The notes under the pieces were generated by a model. The model saw nothing but the letters and a program-made list of their open reading frames with translations. It was not told the DNA's origin and made no database searches. From Lingula anatina (lineage: Eukaryota > Animalia > Brachiopoda), in the NCBI GenBank assembly GCA_051362555.1, contig CM120640.1, positions 34,181,967 to 34,245,966 on the forward strand: a stretch of 64,000 nt of DNA, given 5' to 3'. Numbering within the stretch: the stretch's first letter is position 1; each line of letters starts with the position of its first letter. A program made the translations under genes and the position numbers. Positions 36,501-47,441 of this stretch are shown piece after piece.

Positions 36501-38957
36501 CACAAAACGATGTCGATGCAACTGCCATCAAAATACTCAAGATGAAAAACTAAAGAAAAAGAAGAAGCATTGTGCCTCTTGCTGCCCTCTTAAGGTGAAG
36601 TTTATTGATCAAAGTGGCATACTATTTGAATGTCATTTTTTTCTACAAAAGTTATATCTTAAAAAAATATGAATTTGAGGAAATACTTTTTTTCCAAAAA
36701 CTGCTCCGTTGAACACTAAAATAAGCATTCTTTAGACTTTCTGGAGACATACTGAACATTATTATCTTTTATGTCCAGAGTGGGTCATTTTGCCCCAATT
36801 ATACCTTGCTGTGAGAAAAACAACATTTTAGAACAAATTTATATTTTTCAGATTGTCGATGGAAGAATTTATCTTCAGATGGGTTCAAAGAATCTGAGAC
36901 CAGCACAGGTGATATTCCACCATCCCCCCAAAGCAGCCTCCTCACCACCTTCTTTCTCACCACCGCACACAAACCCCTCCCAGCATTCACCAAAAACTGC
37001 TGCCAGGCAACAAAACGCAAACGAAAAGAGTAACAGTGCAAAAGAGGATGTCTCCAATTCAAATCAGCCAGCCAGCAGAAATGGAAATGCACCCAGTGCT
37101 GCATTTCCAAACATTGACATGAATTTACAGGAACAATCAATTGAGTCAGGAAGGATGCAAAATTCCACTGATCAAAAATTGAATGAAGAACTGCATGCTA
37201 TGGACTCACCTGTTTCAGAAGTGATGCAAAGTACTCAGATATCTGAACTGTCTAGTGATAGTGATCTCCTCAAGGCTGCTTTACGCCAATCTGGTATAGA
37301 ACCTAATTCAAACTCAATGGACGGACAGACACAGTTAACAGTGACCCCCTCTCGATTGGGTCCTATTATGAGCAGTGACATTATGTTACCATCATCAGCA
37401 GCATCAGCATTTTCCAGAGTGACATCATCTTCATCCTCACAGTCGTCCTCTGATGTCCAAGCAAAGTCAGGCTCACCATTGGGTTTAACATCTAAGACTC
37501 AAAGAAAAGTCGAAGTAAGTTTATTTCAGTAATATTCAAGTATTAGAATTGAGGAGTGTCAGCCGACTGCATGTCATACATATTCATGTAATTTGTTTTA
37601 TTTGTGGCTTATTTTAAAGGACAAAAACAGTGAAATATTTTGCACTGTTGTTTTGTCCTTTTATTATTTGCCATTATTGTAAGTTTCATTTTGATAGAAT
37701 GCTTATGAATGCTTATCAACCTTTAATCTCATTTGTTGTTCATTGATTTTCTCTTTAAAATTTAAAATAAATTGAATTAGATTTAAAACACAGCCCTAAA
37801 TTTTTTGTTTATGATGTGCTTTCAGATGAAAATACAAAGACCTAGAAAAAGAGCCAAGCTGGTGACATTGTCCACCACAGTTCCATCTCATGTACCAGAG
37901 CACTCAGCATTCTCAGTTGCCAGCCAGGCATCAAACCCAGACTCCAGCCAAACAACCACTCTGGAAACCACTGTCCAGGCAGAACTGCCAGTTGTATTAG
38001 AGACACTGAACATGCCTGAGAAATTAAGTGCACCCGAGGTATCCAGTGCTTCTTCTGAGAAACCCAGTGTACCTGAAAACCCAAATGCCTCAGAGAAGAC
38101 GAGTGGAGCAGATTCTAGAAGGATAGTAATGAAGATTAATTTGACTCAGAACAGTGCAGTTACCACGGTCTTGCCGCACAGTGATGATTCTGAAAGCTCT
38201 AAAGATTCTTTTATTTGGTCTAGGTAAAGAGTTGTTCATTTATTTCATTGTGTCCCATTGTACTTTGGTACTTAAAATTACACACGACCAAATCTTTGAT
38301 CTAAGATTATATTTAAACTTAAGTCCAGGACTTGGTATTTGTTAGAAGTTCAAGTCCTATCTGTTTGGCTAATTTCAAGTATACAAGTCTACATAGTATA
38401 TTTGCTTATATAATGCATTGGGGAATAAAATATTATTTGCCCATTGCATAATATCAGTTGGCCCAGGCTTTCTAGATGGACTTTTTTCATCAAAATTATT
38501 CTGCATTGTTGAATTTTTTAATTTCAGAGAGGATGACAAAATAATCTTAGAGACATGTAAAACGGAAGAACCTACAGATGAAACTTTCATCAAAATAGCA
38601 AGTCAGCTTTCTAGCAGGACAGCAAAACAGGTGAACTATGTAATTCGTTAAGAGCTGTTGGTTAAATCACTGTTAGTCTTGCACATCTCTGATAAAATTT
38701 CTAGAGCAAAATAGTCCATATTTTCATTAAAGTAAGTTATTTCGAACAGAAGTTTAGTGGCAATATACACCACAATTTTTTATATATGTAAATATACTCC
38801 CAAATTCAAAAATGTTGCAGATTGATCTTAGATATATATATATATTTTTTTATTTCAGGTTCGGAACCGTTTTTACACTTTGATGGATATTTTCTCTGAT
38901 GATGGTACTTGTGATGGCGATGACATAAGTACAGACTCCAATGATGTGTCTCTATAG
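21511..38957 (+). CDS. GON4L: GON-4-like protein (YY1AP-type region, PAH domains, C-terminal SANT/Myb), multi-exon with a large exon of about 2.3 kb near 29295-31612
   Basis: Motifs: [84 protein letters not shown] and LLPTKSATQIRIRTKN. The PAH region reads FAQAYLTKVKETL...FPDLVNDFSGFLLPEQAVECG. The SANT region reads WSREDDKIILETCK...QVRNRFYTLMDIF. Confidence 0.93.
28944..29156. mobile_element. MITE copy 2 (PIF/Harbinger-like), 3-bp TSD TTA
   Basis: Same family as 16797-17022. It reads tta|gactgggttcccacagattt...aatctgtgggaatgccgtc|tta. Confidence 0.85.
30342..30730 (+). repeat. In-frame tandem duplication of about 210 bp (70 aa) inside the large GON4L exon
   Basis: EVSSQENAKSKAITLNENSHASSDIGVTISMP...KGSND is repeated as EVCSQENEITKTTSLNEDSRASSDIGVTISMP...KGSND. 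Confidence 0.9.
33042..34091 (-). CDS. Intronless rhodopsin-class GPCR (FMRFamide-receptor-like/GPR139-142-like group), nested antisense in a GON4L intron
   Basis: Seven hydrophobic segments. TM1 GLLGN, TM2 LALAD, a TM3 Cys and AERF, TM6 SLP, TM7 NHSINFFLY, and helix 8 RFRSEL. An N-terminal NYS sequon is present. ATG at 34091. Confidence 0.92.
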   Translation of the reverse strand: MENYSNSAFWEQLHDTTYYQISTVLNQYMLPVLIITGLLGNTTNFVVMGQKKIQRRNRVISYHTRVLALADNLVLLIGATRRWVFHLTGFDVLNQNDYFCKGITFLHFWGYYFAVWMIVIMTAERFAAIHDPFQWKSTRNALRLITGLATLLVLANIHFFWTASLNTRGFCTISTDFENFGQFIWPWIDGVLYSFFPSTLLLILNSLLLRELSKAKARSKKFNITRAQLLFPKYYQQNRKVMILLLTVSISFLILSLPHVMLIIVRYSTFQRTSRDMGLYSLLSTVASFLTYTNHSINFFLYCICGNRFRSELKTLFISKTRKLQQNNFASKKPMKVFVTSARDQTTTL

Positions 38958-40699
38958 TAATATGTGGAAGACATCGACTTGTGAAGTTCAACATTAAGAG
39001 CATTATTTCAAGACAATGGTGTTCTTATGTATTTGTGAAAATGGATTATATTACCAAGTTGCCAGAAAGGTTTTCTTTTGTTTACTTTAACACTGGGGAA
39101 TTGCACAGTGTGTGAAGTATGCTTCAGCAGAATTACTTTTATTGCAGTTTGAAATAGAACTGCAGTGATTGAAATTGTCAAGGTACTACATTATCAAAAT
39201 GTTTTTGTAGTATGCATACATCAGTTATTGGGATCATGTGAGATCTGAAGGATTTTTCTTTGTTGACATAATTATTTAAAATTTGATGGTTTATCGACCA
39301 TTGTAAATTTTTTCAATAAAGTATTTGAAAGTTCTGTCATAGTTTTCATTTAAAACATGTACTTGTTTTTAGACCACTGTAATAGTTCTGTTGGGTCGAG
39401 AGATAAAAAAAAATCTTTAAAATACAAATTAAGCAAGTAGTCATGTCAAAATGTTGCCTTGAAACCAAACTAATTGCCACCAAATAGTTTCAAATAGCAT
39501 GGCATAGACAAATAAGTTTCAGTACATTATTTCCTGAAAAATTACATTTGACAAGAAATTTTAAGACTTTAAAGCCTTCTTCCTCGCTGCATTTGCACAG
39601 ACATTTTCTGGTTACATACTTTTTGTGATTTACTGACTGGAGAGAAAATGAGTGGATCGAATTTATGACAAATTTTAAGATTTTGAAGCCTTTTACCCCT
39701 GCAGACCTAGAGATAAATTTTATGTTTTGGGCACATGAATTTTGTGATGTGAAACTGGTACTAATAATTCACATTCACCTTACAGAAAATTTACTCTCCC
39801 TTCTCATGTATCTTGAATTTCACCCCTTGATTCTTCCAATCTGAAATTTCGAAAAAAAAAAAAAAATTCTATGTATATAACACACAAAGACAGAATGATT
39901 ATACTTAACAAAAATATTTATTCGAAAGAGCACATCTGGAAAAGTACACCATAAAATGAAAATGCTAGTATTTTTCAAAATTTAAAGAAACCCTGAAATT
40001 TTCTAAACAATAAGTGCTATTTTTTGTTTGGGAAAGAAATTACTGAGAAGTATTGGTTATGGTGAATGAAGTAAGTCCTTACAGAATCACAAACATATGT
40101 CAACAAAATCTGGGATAAAATAATACTTCTTTTGAGCGAATTCTAAGTTTATCCTAACATATCTTTTCATTTCTCTTCTCTTCACCAATTTCAAATCACA
40201 TGTAAAAATATGTTGGCAGCACTCCTAGTGGGACTCAACTAATCACAGCAACATTTTCTGTTAAGAATGCTAAAAAAAATGTAAAATACAGTTTGCTTCG
40301 ATAAATAAAAGCACCAGGTATAAAAATAATCAGTTCAATGACCTCTCTCATCCATTTTCACAACTTTAAAAAATCCATCTTTAGTATCCCTTAACTTTGG
40401 TGCATATAAATGTCAAAGGATATGTCAAAACAGAAACTGAATCTAGAATATTACATATTTCCTTTCTATAAATTGTACCAACAACCAATTATGCAAATTA
40501 TAAAAAATTTAAAGGGGGAGCCAAGATTCTTGCATTTACATCCAAGACCCTAAAATTCATTAAAAAAAAATTTTTTTAAGAACTATTTGTACAAATTCTG
40601 GCTCTCAGTTGGTGTCCTTTCTGAACCTGACTGTGAACACACTGCTACAATCTTCCTGCCCATTGTAATTTGATTCCACAGAAGCTTTCTTGTTCTGGA

Positions 40700-43206
40700 T
40701 CAATCAATAAAATCCTGATCTGGAGCTTCCTCATTTGCAGGAATGTCATCTCGAGCTTCCTCATTTCTGGGAACATCATCTCCCACATCATCCTGTATAT
40801 TAGCTTCATTGGGCAATTCTTCATCTTGTTCTGCTTCAGTGGCAGTACCTTCGCCTGGCATAGTTATTGTGGTGTGACACATGGGGCACCTATTTTGAAC
40901 ATAAAACCACTTGCGGAGGCACAGAGCATGGAAATAATGCTGACAAGGAGTAATACGCGCCGTTTTCAGTTCTTGGTAGCAGATGGCGCACACGTCATTA
41001 TGGGCTGCTAACTGTTCCTCTGTTGCTTCTGGGAGAGATAAAATTTTTGTCACAGCTTCCTTACGGAGTAAAAAGCTCCTCCAACCTTCTTGTGCTCTTT
41101 GCCATATATTGAAATAAAAGTGAATAATAAGAATGGAACTGTTGATCCAGCTCCACTGACCAAATATAGATTCTTTTGTGCCATAAAACACTACAAATAC
41201 AGCAACTAAAAATTCCAACACTCTTATAGTTGCTCGGGCATAGTAAACGTAATCGTCTAGCTTTTCCCATGGTTCAGTAAGCAAAGCATCATAGAAAAAT
41301 AATGAATACACAACAAGGGAGCCTATAACCTGGACAGAGGTCAGCAAACAACTGGACACTATCACTAATAGCCAGAGGTCAACATCAAACACTGAACAGA
41401 TAATGTACGTCATAAACAATGGAAAGATCCACAAAAAAGTGCAGAGAAGTACCGCTTTAACATGTTTAACTAAACTCTTATTATGTGACGCGCTTAAGCC
41501 TAGTAAAATGGGGTCTGTTATTTCATACATGGACTGCAACAGAGAGGAGACCAATATGAACAATACAATACTCATCAAAAATGCTCTTTCTTCCGACTTC
41601 AGTTCAGTGATGCCAGTCTGCATGGCAAGCAGAAACATTGTAAATCCTTCTGTCCATCCACCGTGTAACATCAGATCGTCCGTGAATCCATTCCAGCCTT
41701 GCAAATACAGCTTGGTGGCAGCCAGAGTAGCATATGATGCATATGAAACCGTGACGCAGAGGCCAAACACACTGACTGCAGTGCCACAACAGTCTCCAAT
41801 GCTGGCCAAAAATATGAGAAGCCATCCGTCCAGCCATCCGTCCTCAAATAATGGGTTGTCAAGAGTATTTGCATTGATGTATAATCGAAAGAAGAACATT
41901 GATACCCAGAATAACAAGAACTGCACTTGCATTGATAATTTTCTCCATAATATCAATATATAGCTTAACCAGCCATATACAGCCAGTCCAACACTGGCCT
42001 CATGCAAACCCTGATTGATCACGTCAAATATCTGGCTCAGGTGGCTGATAAACAATATGATGACTAAAATTACTGAATATGTGCATCCAAATTCCCAAGT
42101 GCTCAGAAGAGTATAAGGATTGACATAACACAGTCTAGCTATAATGGGAACCGTATACACTAAAAGAGTAAATCTGGTCCAGTGTTTTAAATGCAGCAAA
42201 TATGTGATTACTGATATGATCAAGCATTGTAGACTGAGGTGTATCCCCAGTCTCATTAAGTTGATTTCATTTCTGCCACCACTCTTCTCAAAGTCTTCTA
42301 TTTCTGTCATTATATACACCTTGCAAAGGCCAGCACAAATGATGACCAGAATTGCACTCATCACATACATGTAGAAGTCCACCAGTTTCTCTATAGGCAG
42401 GAATGCAATTGCAAGGGCAAGACATGGCACTGGAAATGAACAAAATACAAAATAAGATAAATATTGTTTAAGAGCTGTTTGTCTAATATGTGGATAACTA
42501 GACATTTATTCATAAACACCAATACATATTGAGAAATGAAAGAACACGGGCATTAAGCTTTATTATTTTTTTGTTATTATTCTTGAAAATTTGTCATCAT
42601 CATTTTAACCATATTGCTAGATGCTGAGAATTTCATTCTTAACATTTAGATAAACACCTGAGGTCTTTTGCTCTCCGTCTTTTCATCCATATGGAATGAA
42701 TTGACATGGTTAATTTCACACATATTTTGTACTAATGTACCAAAGGTAAACAGTGTCCAAAATATTTTCGTCCACGTCATCTATTTCCGTGTAAACTATG
42801 CCTGTATTTGTCAGTTTTTTTTTTTTTATTATACATGTAGACATGTAGCAAATAAGTTTCTTAGAAGAAAAATGATGCAACCGACATAAATTATATAAAA
42901 ATTTGATACAGGTTAGAGTGAGGGTTTGTAAACAGACATTCCACCTGCCACATTTAAAGCCTTTCGTCGAAGCTGTAGCAAAAGACGAACGTAGCAAACC
43001 TTGTGGCAAAAAAATTACTCACGCGTAAGATCTAACATCGCTGCGCCAGGCGCCAATTCACCTTCACCAGCTGCTTCGTCAGCACCCAGCTGCTTCTGAA
43101 TATTTGCACTAAACTCATCTCTGCTCCAGATTTCATAAATGTATAAAGCTGGAACCCTTAAAATGACATTCACACATGTCAACAAGAACTCCGACTCTAT
43201 CGGCAT
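40700..43206 (-). CDS. RNF145: RING finger protein 145 (TRC8_N sterol-sensing-type domain + RING-H2 E3 ligase); exons 43206-43023 and 42429-40700, about 637 aa
   Basis: Motifs: NVILRVP, KLYLQG, TEGFTMFLLAMQTG, RAFLMSIVLFILVSSLLQSM and GWRSFLLRKEAV. The RING reads CAICYQE...PCQHYFHALCLRKWFYVQNRCPMCH. The phase-1 intron joins in frame. Confidence 0.9.
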
Positions 43207-43708
43207 CTTCTTCCACACACACCAAGCTAGTTGTAGATGTCAGGATGTGCGCCTTGCAACACTGCTTTTTGACGGATGAGTTCGCGTGCAAAATTAGCGC
43301 AGGCGTTTGGGGCAGACGTTGGCTGTATCTTAAATATGATAAATAAAATAAGAAGTTATTTGCAATAATGCAGGGTACTTTATGTTATTCTTTTACGCAT
43401 CGGGGATATAACAAAATAATGAATGAAGCGTAGTTATTCTGCAAGAACGTTTTTTCTGTTGACGTCTCTTGGCGAGCTTCTCGTTTTCAATGCTTACGTT
43501 GAATATCTACGTAAAAAAATAAACACCAAAGCGAGGCAATTATTGGGAGAGTAAAAGTTAATCGTTGACTTGCGCAGACTGAATACGGAAGCTGAACCAC
43601 AACAAGTTGTAAAAGTAGGGTCAGAATGGGAGGGCAACCGAAAAAAGTGTAGTTTAGTCTGTTTTCTGTTATTGATAGAAATATTAAAGTGCACCACACC
43701 AGAAAACA
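43207..43708. promoter_or_regulatory. Shared divergent promoter/5'UTR region of RNF145 and RNF139
   Basis: Only 502 bp separate the two ATGs, and the interval is CpG-richer than the surrounding DNA. Confidence 0.7.
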
Positions 43709-45848
43709 ATGGCGCGAATACTGGAGGTGTTTTTACGAATCCCTCCTCTGTTTACGTTAGATGTGATTTTGAACCATAGCGTTTTGAGTGTGATCGTTAT
43801 GTATTTGTTACCGGCTGATGTTCATTGGTATCATGTTGCTTTTCTTTTTCTTGCAATAGTCGCAGGTAAGAGCTGGGCGTCTTTTAAAACTTAATACGTA
43901 GACACTGTTTCTTTTAACTTAAAATATATGTATTTGATAAGTATGACTGTGATAAATCGCATCTAAATCTAATGTTATTTTCTTTAGACTAAGCATCTGT
44001 ATTAATATATATACTTTACTTACAAATTGAAATGTTCTGAATGCATTGTTGTAAATATGATAATGGACTTTTTATCATTTCTAGAATAGTCATACAAAAC
44101 TGTACAGATTGAGTGAAGTAATATTTCTCATATAGCTACTGTGTCACTTTTTACTTTCAGTTTTCATTGGGGCGGCAATGCTGTTTTTTATGAGCAAACA
44201 ACATCTTTTGAACACGTATACGTACATTGGATCACTGGCTGTAATTTATAGTTCACTTGCATGGAACAGGAATTATATAAACACTGAAATCACACGTGAC
44301 TTTCGCAATGAACAATTGCATCACGTTATCCTTGGAAACTGGAGGACATTGCTAGGAAATATAATGTTACAAATAGCAGCTGCATATGTTTGGAACAGGC
44401 AGCGAATGATCCCACGGCATGTTAAACGAGAAATTGCTGTTCTTCTTCCTTGGTACAACAGAATTATATATTTTATCCTTATTTCCCCCACTGTGGCAAG
44501 ACTTGTCATATTTCCAAGGGTAATTCTGCTGTGGATCCCAGGTGTATCAGCTATGATATTGATACTTGAAATAGCTTTCCTTTTAACTCTGCATGTACGC
44601 TCTATTGTACGTGTTGTATATGTCAGTTTTAAAAATGCTCAGAACACAATTAAAGATGTTGGACTGCAAATTTTCTTAGAAAACCATTGGATTCGTCTTC
44701 AAGTTCCCTTAGTGCTGAGAGTCTTTTGGCTGTGCATGCTGCTGCAAGAGTTTATGACAAAACTTATTTTACTAGAGAACAAAGATTCCACTTCTGCATT
44801 TGCTATAGACAGTTTAAATGAACTTGTTCAAGATGTTACAATCAGAGGTTGTGCAACCATTGTGGCAGTGCTAGGGATGACTAGCTGTGTCTCTTATATT
44901 ACACATTACATTGGAATATTTATGGCCTATCTCATTCAGTCAGACAATGAAGAGGACCGCAGCATGGGAACTGTCTCTGCCATTCTGTTTTTCATTCTGG
45001 CGTTACAAACTGGACTCACCAGCTTATCACCGGAAAAGAAAATTCAGCGACTTTATCGGAATTTCTGTTTGCTGGGCACAGCCATTTTGCATTTTATTCA
45101 CAGTATGGTGAATCCACTCATGATGTCGTTGAGTGCACAGAGAAACATGGCTGTACATAGGCATGTACGGGTATTAGCAATGTGTGCCTTTCTGGTCATA
45201 ATCCCTTCCTGCTTTCTGTTTTACCTGTGGAGTGTTCATAGTATTAGCACATGGATGTTGGCAGTAACAGCATTCTGTGTAGAGGTTGTGATTAAAGTGG
45301 TCATAACATTGATGGTTTATTCATTATTTATGTTTGATGCCTACCAGGATACTTTCTGGGAACAGTTGGATGACTATGTATATTATATTAAGTCTGCCGG
45401 CAGCACAATTGAATTTTTATTTGGAATTTTTTTATTTTGCAATGGTGCCTGGATTATGGCATTTGAGTCTGGTGGTACAATCCGTGCAATTATGATGTGC
45501 ATTCATGCATATTTCAATATCTGGGTACAGGCCAAAGAGGGTTGGAGCACCTTTATGAAAAGAAGGACTGCGGTTAATAAAATTAACTCCTTACCTGAGG
45601 CAACTAGAGAGCAGTTAGAAAATTTCAACGATGTATGTGCAATTTGCTATCAGGAGCTGAACAATGCAAAAATTACCAGGTGTAATCATTATTTCCATAG
45701 TTTATGTCTCAGAAAGTGGTTGTATGTTCAAGAAAAATGTCCATTGTGCCATAATGTAATATATAATACTGAGCAAAGGACAACAGGGACTCAGACTGAA
45801 GAGAACAGACCTGATGGGCAGGAAGGCCAGGATGCGGTTCCTCAGTGA
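43709..45848 (+). CDS. RNF139: E3 ubiquitin ligase RNF139/TRC8; exons 43709-43865 and 44161-45848, about 614 aa
   Basis: Motifs: LEVFLRIP, LRVFWL, LFFILALQTGL, LHFIHSM, TWMLAVTAFCVE, WEQLDDYVYY and FESGGTIRAIMMCIHAYFNI. FMKRRTAVNKINSLP precedes a RING-H2 domain. Confidence 0.92.
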
Positions 45849-47110
45849 ATGCTCTCTGAACTTCACCTTTTGAACCTTTTTTTTTTTCGTGACTGAAAGG
45901 TATTTTTGTCCATTTGATAGTGACTAATTTTTGTGTGATAATTCTCAGAAACAGCAAGAAAAAAGACTGGCGGGTAATTTTAAAAAGCACTGTGAACTTG
46001 CTGCATTTAAACTCCAGTATTGCATACTGAGAGGAAATTAAATGGGCTTAGACATTTTTTTTTTTTGAAGAGTAGTGTATGTAACAGTGACATATAGCAT
46101 CACATTGGATTTACAATGAATTCTAGTAAGCCAAAAATTACTATTTTTCAAAGGAATGGATTTATATTTCACTGTAATGCAATGAAATTGTAACGTCTGA
46201 GATGAGGCAAATGTAACCCTATTTATGAGTTGTGATATGGATTTTATGATATAAAAATATTTAGACTGAAATTAAAATATTTACACCATTAAGAATTTTT
46301 GTTATATGTGTTTTGATTATTGAAAAACTACAACCATTGTTTCAGATGTTTATAAAGTTGACATTGTTAGCATGTTAATAAAAAATAACTGCAAACATTG
46401 TTATGTTGATAAAAAACAGGTCTTATAATAGTTCAATGTTGCTAAAGGAACTTATAACACTTTTTAATACATGTAGGCTGCAGCACAGGATTTAAAAAAT
46501 GTTTTGATAATATTTTTGCTTGTTTGGCACCAATATGATAATTTTTTCAAATGTATCATTTTATCCTTCCCTCAAAATGAAATCTATTAGAAAAACAAAA
46601 TTATGTACAGTTAAACAGTGTGTGGCATTTGTTTTTCAAATAACTAATGCTCACTTGTGCCTCGAAGCAATTTTCTGACTTCTGTAAGGCATGCTTGGCT
46701 GTTGCTTTGATAAATAATCATAAAACACTATAACAAAAGAAAATAAAATATATCAAAATCAGGTCAACTATTTGACATCCTGAACCTAACAAGATGACAG
46801 CTGTTAAATGCTGTTTCAAGCATTGCTTCAAAAGCTTATTAATTTGTAGAAAAGTATAGATTTGAAATCATTTGTTTTTCATACATGCAATCATACTCAG
46901 TATATGTTGGTCATTGCAAATGAGGCCAAGCAAAATGTTTGTAAACAAATACTAGTTTATACTACAGCTAAGTTTTTTTTTTTTTTTGTGTGTGTGTGTG
47001 TTATTTTTCAAAAATTAATTATTTTTATTTTTCAAATGGAAAAATGCCTTGGTCATTGGTTTGGCTAGAAGAAAAATGACACCAGGCAATACTTAATGCT
47101 AATTGTTTGA

Positions 47111-47124
47111 CCCCCCCCCCCCCC

Positions 47125-47157
<33 letters not shown>

Positions 47158-47166
47158 ACACACACA
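47111..47166. repeat. poly(C) + (CA)n microsatellite upstream of USP14
   Basis: Directly visible. Confidence 0.9.
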
Positions 47167-47441
47167 TAGACACTGAAAAGAAAAAATGCTGCCCAGCCCT
47201 AAAATTTAGCCGCTTTGCCTGTTAGACATCATGTATCTTTCATGCCGCTGGCTTCCAACTTATCAATTTTCCCTGGCCTTATCTTGACTTTCTGAGGCTA
47301 ACTTCCTGTGCCAACTGTGGCACGGGACCAGCTGAGGTTCGCCGGCAGTGCACTTCGTTGGGATGTAGACACTAATCACTTCCTGTACCGAAGATTTTGA
47401 AACTCATTGTGGACAGCCTAGCGTGATTTCTTCGATTTAAA

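Noticed and set aside
21770-38084. Many antisense ORFs over the large GON4L exons
   Set aside because: These are shadow frames of low-complexity coding exons with no independent motifs.
39550-39750. Degenerate direct repeat between GON4L and RNF145 3' ends
   Set aside because: Two short, AT-rich, poorly conserved copies with no functional cue.
42716-42800. Possible extra RNF145 exon (IVYTEIDDVDENILDTVYLW)
   Set aside because: Exon 1 joins the large exon in frame without it, and no strong phase-compatible donor was seen. It cannot be excluded without RNA-seq.
43207-43708. Sterol regulatory element in the RNF145/RNF139 promoter
   Set aside because: Only a weak gcaccacac similarity was found, with no canonical ATCACCCCAC or clear LXR DR4 site.
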